Counted from the first letter of the stretch, positions 1-11,171 are shown. The stretch: DNA of 64,000 bases from Fusicatenibacter sp. (GCA_050872605.1 JBNMHD010000009.1), one strand, 5' to 3'. Made by a program: numbers and translations. The notes: a model not told the origin generated them from the sequence alone.

Positions 1-59
1 GGGCGGTTCCCCACCTTTTTATGGAAAAGCCGCCCGTTGTATCTGTTTTTATACAATTT

Positions 60-3212
<3,153 letters not shown>

Positions 3213-3392
3213 CTATCTTCTTTTATCCAGATTGGTGTTCCTTTTTTGCTTTCCTGTGATATAATACATCTGTGGATTTCCAGAAGATTTATGCAGTTAC
3301 CTTATGATTTAGTATAAAACACTGCACGTGGATGAGAAATAGTTGATCTGGTGTTTCTTTTATCCAAAATGGGAAAGTAAAGGAGAAGGCGT

Positions 3393-4262
3393 ATGATACC
3401 GGAATATCTGCTTGCAAAAATCAAAAAGAGCGATGTCATCTATCGCTGTATTGGAAATGAAATGAAAAACGGGATTCTGGCATGCGGTTTTATGCGGAAA
3501 GAAACGGCGGACCGCTCCCAGTACCATTTTTCGAATGAATATTACAGCTGTTTTGTGCTGCTGCGCGGGAACGGAGAATATATTGCCGAGGACGGCACCT
3601 CCTATCCGCTGCAGACGGGAAGTCTGGTCCAGCGTCTGCCAGGCGTGCCGCATTCCACACGCGTTGATCCAGACGGGAAATGGCTGGAATTTTTTATCTC
3701 GATTGGGAAGCCGTTTTTTGAATCGTTCTGCTCGCTTTCTGTGCTAAACCGCGAGCCGGTGTTAAAAACGGAGCTGCTTCCCGGTGATCTCGAGCGGTAT
3801 CAGAAACTTCTGCAGTCGCTGAAGGCCACACCGGACAGTCTGCTTCCTTTACAGATTCCGGAGCTGCAGACGGAGATTCTCCGGATGTACGGTTACCATG
3901 CGCACCGGGTAAACCTGCAGCGTGACCCGATCGAGGCCGCCTGCGATGCACTCTCCCAGAATCTTGACGGGGAGATTTCTCTTGAGGAACTCGCTCAGTC
4001 ACTTCAGATCGGTTATGAGACGTTTCGAAAAATATTTAAAAAACAGACCGGCGTCTCTCCTGCACGGTACCGCACCGGGAAGAAAATGGAGCAGGCCCGT
4101 ATTCTTCTCGAGGGCGGCGTACCGATGAAGGAAATTGCCGGTCTGGTAGGATATGGCGATGTCTATGCATTCAGCAAACAGTTCTCCCGTTTTTTCGGAT
4201 TCCCGCCTGGAAAGTACCGTTCGCGTTTTCAGTCGGATACGGCTGATTTAGAACAGTTTTAA
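3393..4262 (+). CDS. AraC/XylS-family transcriptional regulator, divergent from lacZ
   Basis: 289 aa. N-terminal cupin-like half and C-terminal double HTH ('ISLEELAQSLQIGYETFRKIFKKQTGVSPARYR', 'IAGLVGYGDVYAFSKQFSRFFGFPPGKYR'). AAGGAG RBS. Confidence 0.85.
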   Translation: MIPEYLLAKIKKSDVIYRCIGNEMKNGILACGFMRKETADRSQYHFSNEYYSCFVLLRGNGEYIAEDGTSYPLQTGSLVQRLPGVPHSTRVDPDGKWLEFFISIGKPFFESFCSLSVLNREPVLKTELLPGDLERYQKLLQSLKATPDSLLPLQIPELQTEILRMYGYHAHRVNLQRDPIEAACDALSQNLDGEISLEELAQSLQIGYETFRKIFKKQTGVSPARYRTGKKMEQARILLEGGVPMKEIAGLVGYGDVYAFSKQFSRFFGFPPGKYRSRFQSDTADLEQF

Positions 4263-4784
4263 AATATCATCTACCGTTTTGCGTTTTGGCTTATCCGGGT
4301 TGATCGCGCGGTAGCCGACAGCGATGACAGCACCGAGGAGTTCCGTTTCCGGAATGGAAAGCGCTTCGCGGATGGCTTTCTCATTGCGGATACCCATGAT
4401 CAGGGTGTCGAGGCCGAGTTCTCTTGCGCGCAGGATGAAGTTTTCATCGTGAAGACCAAGATCATAGTAGCCCCAGCCATTTCCAACCTCATTGTCCGGG
4501 GTTCCGTCCTGCATAAAGCCGGAACGGTCTTTGACGAAGGTCGTCACTACGAGAACGGCTCCTTTGGAGCTTTTCTGATTGAATTCCGGCAGACATTTTG
4601 CGGAAAATTCTTCGACTTTCTCCGGTGTTACAAGGGCATAGTACCGTGTTGTCTGTGAGTTTTTCCAGGACGGAGCCTGAATGGCTGCCTGTACGATCTC
4701 CTGGATCTGCTCTGCGGTTACGTGTTTCTCCGGATCAAATGCGCGGATGCTTCTTCTTTCTTCCAGCAGTTTTGTAAATTCCAT
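4248..4784 (-). CDS. nitroreductase-family protein (FMN-dependent NAD(P)H oxidoreductase fold)
   Basis: 178 aa. N-terminal 'RRSIRAF' motif and size are typical of the family. AAGGAGGA RBS. The 3' end overlaps the araC-like 3' end by 15 nt (convergent). Confidence 0.8.
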   Translation of the reverse strand: MEFTKLLEERRSIRAFDPEKHVTAEQIQEIVQAAIQAPSWKNSQTTRYYALVTPEKVEEFSAKCLPEFNQKSSKGAVLVVTTFVKDRSGFMQDGTPDNEVGNGWGYYDLGLHDENFILRARELGLDTLIMGIRNEKAIREALSIPETELLGAVIAVGYRAINPDKPKRKTVDDILKLF

Positions 4785-4804
4785 GATGTATGTCCTCCTT
4801 TTTC

Positions 4805-5362
4805 TTATAAGGCCTCGTAATCTTCCCGTGAAAAACGGTGGTACGTCAGGCCGAATTCATTTTCTTCGACACAGTAACAGTATTCATCTACAGACGGGTC
4901 TGCAAAAGAAAATACATGGCCCATCTCATGCTCCTCGGATGCGTTTTCTTCCACGGTAGTATGCATTTTCTCTGCATAGGAAGAAAAGCAGTCCCGAACC
5001 TGCTCCATTGTGTTTCCAGGCATTGTGATCACCTGCAGAAGGTTCTGTAAGAGCTCCGGGACAGGAATCTCGCGTTCAATATAGGAACAGCCTTCCTCCG
5101 GGATTTCCACGCAGTAACGGTCTTTGATTGCTGATATTGCAAGAGCGCCAAGACGTGGCTGTACTTCCTTGCAGAATGCCGCAAGTGCGCTGTCCAGATC
5201 TTCTGTTTCGTTTAAAGAGAGGGAACGGCGCAGGGATTCCGCCGGGTAGTAGAGCTTCATCGTACCGCCCTCATAGCCGATCTTCACCTGCCATTCCCGA
5301 ATCGTATCAGTAATATGTTTTTCCAACAGTTCTGCTGTCATATTTTTTTCAGTCACCTCCAT
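4805..5362 (-). CDS. conserved hypothetical protein (resembles DUF3877-type proteins from memory, unverified)
   Basis: 185-aa ORF with coding-like composition and no TM segment or signal peptide. The start is uncertain: an alternative ATG at 5341 lies 14 nt downstream of a GGAGG. Confidence 0.55.
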   Translation of the reverse strand: MEVTEKNMTAELLEKHITDTIREWQVKIGYEGGTMKLYYPAESLRRSLSLNETEDLDSALAAFCKEVQPRLGALAISAIKDRYCVEIPEEGCSYIEREIPVPELLQNLLQVITMPGNTMEQVRDCFSSYAEKMHTTVEENASEEHEMGHVFSFADPSVDEYCYCVEENEFGLTYHRFSREDYEAL

Positions 5363-5450
5363 TATGCTGCATATGCGAAAAGCACAGTATTATCATCGCA
5401 CGAATCGTCCTCTGTTTCAAGAAAAAATTTCTGTTTTTATCCAGAGAAAC

Positions 5451-5495
5451 CCACAGACCCCTTCAATCCAGATTTTCTGGCGGAGGGGTCTGTGG
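5451..5495 (-). terminator. stem-loop downstream of the surface-protein gene
   Basis: 12-bp perfect stem CCACAGACCCCT / AGGGGTCTGTGG (5451-5462 and 5484-5495), followed on the minus strand by GTTTCTCT, a weak U-tract. Confidence 0.5.
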
Positions 5496-5537
5496 ATTCT
5501 TATGATCAGAAGAATTTCTCAGTCATTTCATTCTGGA

Positions 5538-8500
5538 TTACTCTTCATCTTCGTTTTTCTTTCTGCCGCGGAGTTTAAGTCCAAGTCCGCCGGCGCCAAG
5601 AGATGCAACGGCCATGCTTACCCATCCCCAGATGTTGGTTACATCACCAGTCTTTGCATTATCACTCTTCTTGGAAGTAGATGTATTGGATACATTGCTG
5701 CTTGCAAGCGGAGTCGAAGTTGCTTTCGGCGTGCTGGCCGGGGTCTTGGTCGGCTGTGCCGCAGGTGTTGTAGTCGGAGCAGTCGTCGGCGTTGTAGTCG
5801 GCGTTGTTGTAGGCGTGGTGGTTGGAGTAACAGTTGGAATCTCAGTTGGTGTTACGGTCGGAGTTTCCGTTGGGGTAACAGTCGGAGTCTCGGTAGGTGT
5901 TACAGTTGGGGTTTCCGTCGGGGTAACAGTCGGAGTCTCAGTCGGTGTTACGGTTGGGGTTTCTGTAGGAGCCGGGGTTGGCGTATCTGTTGCTGCTTTT
6001 ACAAGTGCTTCAATAGCTGCATTCAGATGCTCGGCTGCCTCATCGACCGCTGCCTGCGTATGTTTTGCTTCCAGTTCTTCTTTCGCTTCGGAAAGCTCGG
6101 TCTGCATGCTTGCCCAGGATTCTGCGGTGTAATCAGCCTCATTCAGTGCCTCTGCTTTTGCAATCGCTGCTTCCAGAGCTTCCGTACTCTGTACCGGATC
6201 ATCTTTTACAATGTTCTCATTGGTTGCCTGGAATTTGTAGGTTACATCTGCATAACCAAGTGCATGCATGGTGATCGTCCAGTATCCGGTTCCGTCAGTT
6301 CCTTCCGGAAGCTGGCAGCGTACCGAATCGGTCAGTCCGAGCTGGATTCCCATAGATTTGTGCATCCAGTTATCTGCGGCAAATTTCGTTCCGAAGGTGC
6401 GGAGTGCATTGGTATAGGTATCATCATTTCCATAGTAGGTCCAGGTTACACTCTGCATATTAGCGCCAAGGTCACCATAATCCTTATTCAGGTCTACACG
6501 AAGGAACTCGCCGAAGGAACCGTTTGCTTCCTGAACGGTCAGGCCAGCATCTTCTGCTGATGGAGCTGTCTTCAGTGCCTGATCTTTGATTCCGGATTCA
6601 CTTCCAACTGTTCTTGCAGAGAAGGAGAAGCTTCCATCTTCGTTTTTCACTGCCGTTTTCAGTCCGTTGGTGTTCTCTGTTACATTAGCAACAAGGCCGG
6701 TGTAGCCGCTCAGTTTACCCTCGGAGAAACCGCCATTCAAAATTCCGCCGTTTTCTACAACTGCATATTTCTGGCAGAATGCTTCATAATCATCCTCAGC
6801 TACTTTAACTGGAACGTATTTCAATCCGTATACTTCATAATGATCGATATCTTTTGCATCATAGGTTACTGTCTGGCCGTTTGTCAGAACTACCGTTGTT
6901 CTGTCCGTGTAGTAAGCTACTTTGTACTGGGTGCCGTCTTTCATAAAGATAGTAGCATTGCACTGATAGCTTCCTCTGTGGAGACCATGGTTTGTAGTTG
7001 CACGGGTTACGGTATCAAATGCACCTTTATCATACTCGCCTTTCGCATCTACTTCTTTAGATTCCTCCGTACTTCCTGCCTCATATACGCCCTCATTTGC
7101 CCAGTACTCACTCCAGGAAAGACCTGCATATACGTATTTGTAAGTAATCTCTTTCTTTACAAGTGCTTCAATGGCTGCATTCAGATGCTGTGCTGCTTCA
7201 TCCACTGCTGCCTGGGTATGTTTTGCTTCCAGCTCTTCTTTTGCCTCAGCCAGCTCGACCTGCATATTTGCCCAGCTCTCTGCGGTGTAATCAGCCTCAT
7301 TCAGTGCCTCTGCTTTTGCGATAGCTGCTTCCAGAGCTTCTGTACTCTGTACCGGATCCTCTTTTACAATGTTCTCATCGGTTGCCTGGAATTTGTAAGT
7401 TACATCTGCATAACCAAGTGCATGCATGGTGATCGTCCAGTATCCGGTTCCGTCAGTTCCTTCCGGGAGCTGGCAGCGTACCGAATCGATCAGACCCAGC
7501 TGAATTCCCATGGATTTGTGCATCCAGTTATCTGCGGCGAATTTCGTTCCGAAGGTGCGGAGTGCATTCGTATAAGTTGCATCATTTCCATAGTAGGTCC
7601 AGGTTACACTCTGCATATTAGCACCAAGGTCACCATAGTCCTTATTCAGGTCTACACGAAGGAATTCACCAAAGGAACCATTTGCTTCCTGTACCGTCAG
7701 GCCTGCATCTTCTGCGGATGGAGCAGTCTTCAGAGCCTGATCTTTGATTCCGGATTCGCTTCCAGTTGTTCTTGCAGAAAAAGAGAAACTTCCGTCTGCA
7801 TTCTTTGTTGCAGTTTTCAGTCCATTCGTATTCTCTGTTACATCTGCAACAAGACCAGTATATCCGCTCAGTTTGCCCTCAGAGAATCCACCATTTAAAG
7901 TTCCGCCATTTTCTACCACAGCATATTTCTGGCAGAATGCTTCATAATCTTCGGATGCTACTTTGACGGGAACATATTTCAGTCCATATACTTCATAATG
8001 ATCAATATCAGCTGCATTATAAGTTACAGTCTCACCATTCGTCAGAACTACCGTTGTTCTATCGGTGTAATAAGAAACCTGATACTGCGTACCGTCTTTC
8101 ATAAAGATGGTGGCATTGCACTGATAGCTTCCTCTGTGAAGTCCGTGGTTCGTCGTTGCACGCGTTACAGTATCGAAAGCGCCTTTATCATACTCGCCTT
8201 TGGCATCAACAACGCTGGAGCTTGTGGTATCTCCGGCCTGATATACGCCTTCTGCTGCCCAGTACTCTGACCAGGAAAGGCCTGCATACACATATTTGTA
8301 TTCATCCTCTGCAGGTGTTGTGGTAGGCGTTGCCGTTGGGGCTGCTGTAGGAGCAGCTGTAGGAGTCGCCGTTGGGATCGACGCTTTCACAAGCGCTTTT
8401 ACTGCCGTGTTCAATGCGTCTGCTGCGGTATCAACAGCCGTCTGAGACTCTTTTGCAGAAAGAGCCGCCTTTGCTGCGGTAAGTGCGGTCTGAACAGCTT

Positions 8501-9053
8501 TCCAGGAATCTGCGGTATAATCAGTCTCTTTTAATGCTTCAGCAGATGCGATTGCTTTTTCAAGAACTGCAGTATCTACGACAGCTGGAGTTGGAGTTGT
8601 CGTTTTGGCTGCTGCAAGAGCTGCTGTTTTTACTGCTGTAGAGGTTCTGGTTGCACCGGATACGGTATCCCAGCTTTCGATATTCGCAACAGTTGCATCT
8701 TTTCCCTGTAACTGTGCAATAATACCATTAGCTTTTTTGGTGCCGTTTAAGGCTTTGTTAAAATATGATCCATTTTCAGTTGCAACGTAGCCGCTTCCAG
8801 GTGTAACGGAAACATCTGTAAATTTTCCGTCTGCAACGGTCAGTTTAACGTTGACGTCATATTCATTCCATTCATTTTCAGCGTCATCGTCTTCTTCCGT
8901 TCTCGTAACATGAGCGGTAGACTCATAAGTGCCATCTGCCAGCACGCCGCTTGTGGAATCTGCCAGTACAGTTCCCGGGAGCAGGCTCATGGTCATGGAA
9001 GCTGCCATAACGGCGGCTAATGATTTTTTCTGAAGTTCCTTTCTTTTGATCAT
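5538..9053 (-). CDS. sortase-anchored surface protein: signal peptide, FMN-binding domain, FIVAR-like helical domain, 2 x (unassigned ~320-aa module + FIVAR-like domain), Pro/Thr stalk, NAKTG sorting signal
   Basis: 1171 aa with AAGGAGGAA RBS. The N-terminal signal is 'MIKRKELQKKSLAAVMAASMTMSLLPGTVLADS'. The flavinylation-type motif 'DTVSGATRTS' lies at aa 129-138. The C-terminus is NAKTG + hydrophobic segment + 'RGRKKNEDEE'. Confidence 0.9.
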   Translation of the reverse strand: MIKRKELQKKSLAAVMAASMTMSLLPGTVLADSTSGVLADGTYESTAHVTRTEEDDDAENEWNEYDVNVKLTVADGKFTDVSVTPGSGYVATENGSYFNKALNGTKKANGIIAQLQGKDATVANIESWDTVSGATRTSTAVKTAALAAAKTTTPTPAVVDTAVLEKAIASAEALKETDYTADSWKAVQTALTAAKAALSAKESQTAVDTAADALNTAVKALVKASIPTATPTAAPTAAPTATPTTTPAEDEYKYVYAGLSWSEYWAAEGVYQAGDTTSSSVVDAKGEYDKGAFDTVTRATTNHGLHRGSYQCNATIFMKDGTQYQVSYYTDRTTVVLTNGETVTYNAADIDHYEVYGLKYVPVKVASEDYEAFCQKYAVVENGGTLNGGFSEGKLSGYTGLVADVTENTNGLKTATKNADGSFSFSARTTGSESGIKDQALKTAPSAEDAGLTVQEANGSFGEFLRVDLNKDYGDLGANMQSVTWTYYGNDATYTNALRTFGTKFAADNWMHKSMGIQLGLIDSVRCQLPEGTDGTGYWTITMHALGYADVTYKFQATDENIVKEDPVQSTEALEAAIAKAEALNEADYTAESWANMQVELAEAKEELEAKHTQAAVDEAAQHLNAAIEALVKKEITYKYVYAGLSWSEYWANEGVYEAGSTEESKEVDAKGEYDKGAFDTVTRATTNHGLHRGSYQCNATIFMKDGTQYKVAYYTDRTTVVLTNGQTVTYDAKDIDHYEVYGLKYVPVKVAEDDYEAFCQKYAVVENGGILNGGFSEGKLSGYTGLVANVTENTNGLKTAVKNEDGSFSFSARTVGSESGIKDQALKTAPSAEDAGLTVQEANGSFGEFLRVDLNKDYGDLGANMQSVTWTYYGNDDTYTNALRTFGTKFAADNWMHKSMGIQLGLTDSVRCQLPEGTDGTGYWTITMHALGYADVTYKFQATNENIVKDDPVQSTEALEAAIAKAEALNEADYTAESWASMQTELSEAKEELEAKHTQAAVDEAAEHLNAAIEALVKAATDTPTPAPTETPTVTPTETPTVTPTETPTVTPTETPTVTPTETPTVTPTEIPTVTPTTTPTTTPTTTPTTAPTTTPAAQPTKTPASTPKATSTPLASSNVSNTSTSKKSDNAKTGDVTNIWGWVSMAVASLGAGGLGLKLRGRKKNEDEE
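5646..5660 (-). other. cell-wall sorting motif NAKTG (LPXTG variant)
   Basis: aa 1132-1136, followed by the ~20-aa hydrophobic stretch 'VTNIWGWVSMAVASLGAGGLGL' and a basic tail. This is the classical tripartite sortase signal. [SPN]xxTG variants are known in clostridia. Confidence 0.6.
5739..5996 (-). repeat. Pro/Thr-rich stalk: about 6 x 'TETPTVTP' (24-nt period) then 'TTTP' x 4 (12-nt period)
   Basis: Read directly in the translation (aa ~1020-1105) and as a 24-nt periodicity in the DNA. It is in frame within the CDS. Confidence 0.85.
5997..8300 (-). repeat. tandem direct duplication, period 1158 bp (386 aa), two near-identical copies
   Basis: 'acaagtgcttcaat' recurs at 6001 and 7159. 'YKYVYAGLSWSEYW' recurs at aa 252 and 638. 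Long identical nucleotide runs are broken only by scattered substitutions. Confidence 0.9.
8610..8942 (-). other. FMN-binding (FMN_bind-like) domain of the surface protein; predicted flavinylated Thr135 (motif nt 8649-8660)
   Basis: 'DGTYESTAH...VNVKLTVADGKFTDVSV...WDTVSGATRTSTAVKTAALAA' follows the NqrC/RnfG/PplA-type pattern ending in D-x-x-S-G-A-T. Confidence 0.75.
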
Positions 9054-9076
9054 AACTTCCTCCTTTTTCCTTTTCC

Positions 9077-9107
9077 ACAGTTTTGCAGGAAAAACAGGGG
9101 CAAAACT
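9077..9107 (-). promoter_or_regulatory. 5'-UTR stem-loop about 24 nt upstream of the surface-protein start codon
   Basis: Perfect 9-bp stem CAGTTTTGC / GCAAAACTG with a 13-nt loop, lying within the 283-nt AT-rich gap 9054-9336. Confidence 0.4.
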
Positions 9108-9336
9108 GTTGTTTATTATTATATTAGCTTTTGCTAATTAATAATTGTTTTAACTAACTGTAAATTATATTACTAATCCTAGATCGTTTTGTCTAACTCG
9201 CAAGTGGTTATTTTTTCTCAAAAAAGACACAGATTCTCCTTATTGAGTTTTTTTCACTATTTACTTATCTGATTTTTTGAAGTTTGCGGAATGATTTTTG
9301 TTTCCACACAGAAACATTTCTGAAGATATGCAGTGT

Positions 9337-9861
9337 TTACCGCGAAGAACTCTTCCGTCCTTCGCGTTTTACTGCCGAAAGAATGCGGTCCGAAAGGATT
9401 CCGATCAGCATTCCGGTGATGACACCGGCCACGAGAAGGGCCGGCAGATAATAGAACAGTTTGCGGTTCTGCACCACGAAAGCCGCCACGCAGATCTGGG
9501 CAACATTGTGTGTCACGCCGCCTGCAATGCTTACGCCGGTGATACTAAATCCTTTGATGTGTTTCAGCAGAAGCATCACCAGAAAGCTCAAAAGTCCGCC
9601 GGCAAGGCTGTAGAGGATGGACATTCCGTTTCCAAACAGATAGCCCATCAGAAGAATGCGGGCAACGGAAATCATCAGGACTTCCCCTGCCGGAAGGAAA
9701 AAGAGGCCGACAACGACAACCAGATTGGCAACGCCAAGTTTGATGCCGGGAACGCCGAGGTTGATCGGGATTAGTACCTCCACGTAACTGAAAATCATGG
9801 CAAGTGCCATCAGCATGGCGCATAAGGCAATTTTTCTGCTTGCAGTGCGGCTGTCTCTCAT
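9337..9861 (-). CDS. Gx transporter family protein (formerly 'heptaprenyl diphosphate synthase component I'-like)
   Basis: About 174 aa with 5 predicted TM segments and Gly-rich helices ('GVPGIKLGVANLVVVV', 'AGGVTHN'). I chose the ATG at 9861, 9 nt after AAAGGAA; the ORF track starts at a TTG at 9870. Confidence 0.7.
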   Translation of the reverse strand: MRDSRTASRKIALCAMLMALAMIFSYVEVLIPINLGVPGIKLGVANLVVVVGLFFLPAGEVLMISVARILLMGYLFGNGMSILYSLAGGLLSFLVMLLLKHIKGFSITGVSIAGGVTHNVAQICVAAFVVQNRKLFYYLPALLVAGVITGMLIGILSDRILSAVKREGRKSSSR

Positions 9862-9892
9862 AAGTTCCAATTCCTTTCTTTTGCTGGTGCGT

Positions 9893-10276
9893 TTATTTCA
9901 CAATGACATCCGGCGCATCGTCTGTGTCGTCTGATATCGAGCCATCGCTTTCTACCTCCGCCACCAGCTTATGCGGCAGGCACACGATCGTCTCATTCAC
10001 CCGGGAAATCGTACCCTGTCTTTTGCAGTAGCCGTCCGGGCAGTCGGCCTCTTCCATGTGGGCACTTCCATTTTTAATCACGAGGACATTCGTTCCGTGA
10101 TCTGTCTGAATTCTCACGGTCTGATCCTCTGCGAGCAGATACGTTCCGTAAACCTCGCCGTCCACCGTGACTTTCATGGTATTTCCATTTTCCGTTTTCG
10201 GCAGCCGAAGCGCCAGGGCAAGGATTCCGGCCAGGAGCAAAACGGCGCCTGCCAGAATCAGATCTTTTTTCTTCAT
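9893..10276 (-). CDS. NusG domain II-containing membrane-anchored protein
   Basis: 127 aa. N-terminal TM anchor 'LILAGAVLLLAGILALAL', then a small beta-rich domain with 'CPDGYCKRQG...CLPHK'. It is paired with a Gx transporter, which is the usual arrangement. Confidence 0.65.
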   Translation of the reverse strand: MKKKDLILAGAVLLLAGILALALRLPKTENGNTMKVTVDGEVYGTYLLAEDQTVRIQTDHGTNVLVIKNGSAHMEEADCPDGYCKRQGTISRVNETIVCLPHKLVAEVESDGSISDDTDDAPDVIVK

Positions 10277-10297
10277 ACAATTTTCCTTATTCTGAAA

Positions 10298-11170
10298 TTA
10301 GATGCCAGCCCATAACAGCAGTGTCAGCAGGAATACCGCACGGAACAGGGTAAACAGGATTTCATTTCCATGAAGTTCCTTTACTCCGCAGCAGATATTG
10401 CCTTTCGGACACGTATCAATACATTTCTGACACTGGAAACAGTCGCCGGAAATTTCCATGGAACTGTCGGACGGCAGCTCCACCGCAGACGGACACTGTC
10501 TCGTACAGGCGCTGCAGCCGCGGATACAGTTTTCACGTTTCCGGTGCAGGGTGAAAAACGGCAGGATCGGGAGCAGAGAAAAGACAGCTCCCATCGGGCA
10601 CAGGAAACGGCAGAAAAAGCGTTCCTCAAAAAACATGCCGACCAGGATCAGCAGCAGGAGTACAATTCCCGGAACATAAGAGGAAAGCCGGAAATTTCCT
10701 GCATGCAGCATGGAAAAGACATCCCACGGACTCGTTCCTCTGGCTTTCTGATAAACTCCTGCAAAGCAGCAAAGTGCAATCAGAAGCAGAATGCCGTATT
10801 TGAACAGTGCCAGTTTTTTTGCTGTTTCCGGTTTGATGCGTCTGGGCTTCTTTTTACGTTTCTTACAGATTATACCATAAATTGCGTGCATTGCATCCCC
10901 CAGACTTCCAAAAGCGCATGCAAAACCGCAGAAAAATCTGCCAAAAACAATCGTAAATGCACAGACAAGGAGCAGAGCCGACACAAACGCGGTCATTTCG
11001 ATTTTCTCGCCCTGTCCCAGCTGCGTAAAAATGTATTTGACTCCGTTAAATGCAGCAGTGAATACCGACGGAAGAAACAGGAAATATAAAAGCTGGATTC
11101 CGGCGCGCAGGCAGGAAACGATCTGCTTTCTCTTCTTTGCCGGCAATTTGGATAAGTCTAAATTTTTCAT
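10298..11170 (-). CDS. NapH-like polytopic 4Fe-4S membrane protein (polyferredoxin)
   Basis: 290 aa. Two membrane CxxxC motifs ('GRFFCGFACAFG', 'RFFCRFLCPMG') and two ferredoxin motifs ('CIRGCSACTRQCP', 'CFQCQKCIDTCP'). The start codon lies 1 nt after the upstream gene's stop. Confidence 0.8.
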   Translation of the reverse strand: MKNLDLSKLPAKKRKQIVSCLRAGIQLLYFLFLPSVFTAAFNGVKYIFTQLGQGEKIEMTAFVSALLLVCAFTIVFGRFFCGFACAFGSLGDAMHAIYGIICKKRKKKPRRIKPETAKKLALFKYGILLLIALCCFAGVYQKARGTSPWDVFSMLHAGNFRLSSYVPGIVLLLLILVGMFFEERFFCRFLCPMGAVFSLLPILPFFTLHRKRENCIRGCSACTRQCPSAVELPSDSSMEISGDCFQCQKCIDTCPKGNICCGVKELHGNEILFTLFRAVFLLTLLLWAGI

Positions 11171-11171
11171 G

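Noticed and set aside
1-59. A GGGCGG...CCGCCC inverted repeat downstream of lacZ that could be its terminator.
   Set aside because: The element is cut by the window edge and the U-tract cannot be seen, so it cannot be supported.
5739-5996. A regular 24-nt periodicity that could look like a CRISPR-type or satellite array.
   Set aside because: It is in frame inside the 1171-aa CDS and encodes the 'TETPTVTP' stalk. There are no unique spacers, no leader and no cas genes in the window.
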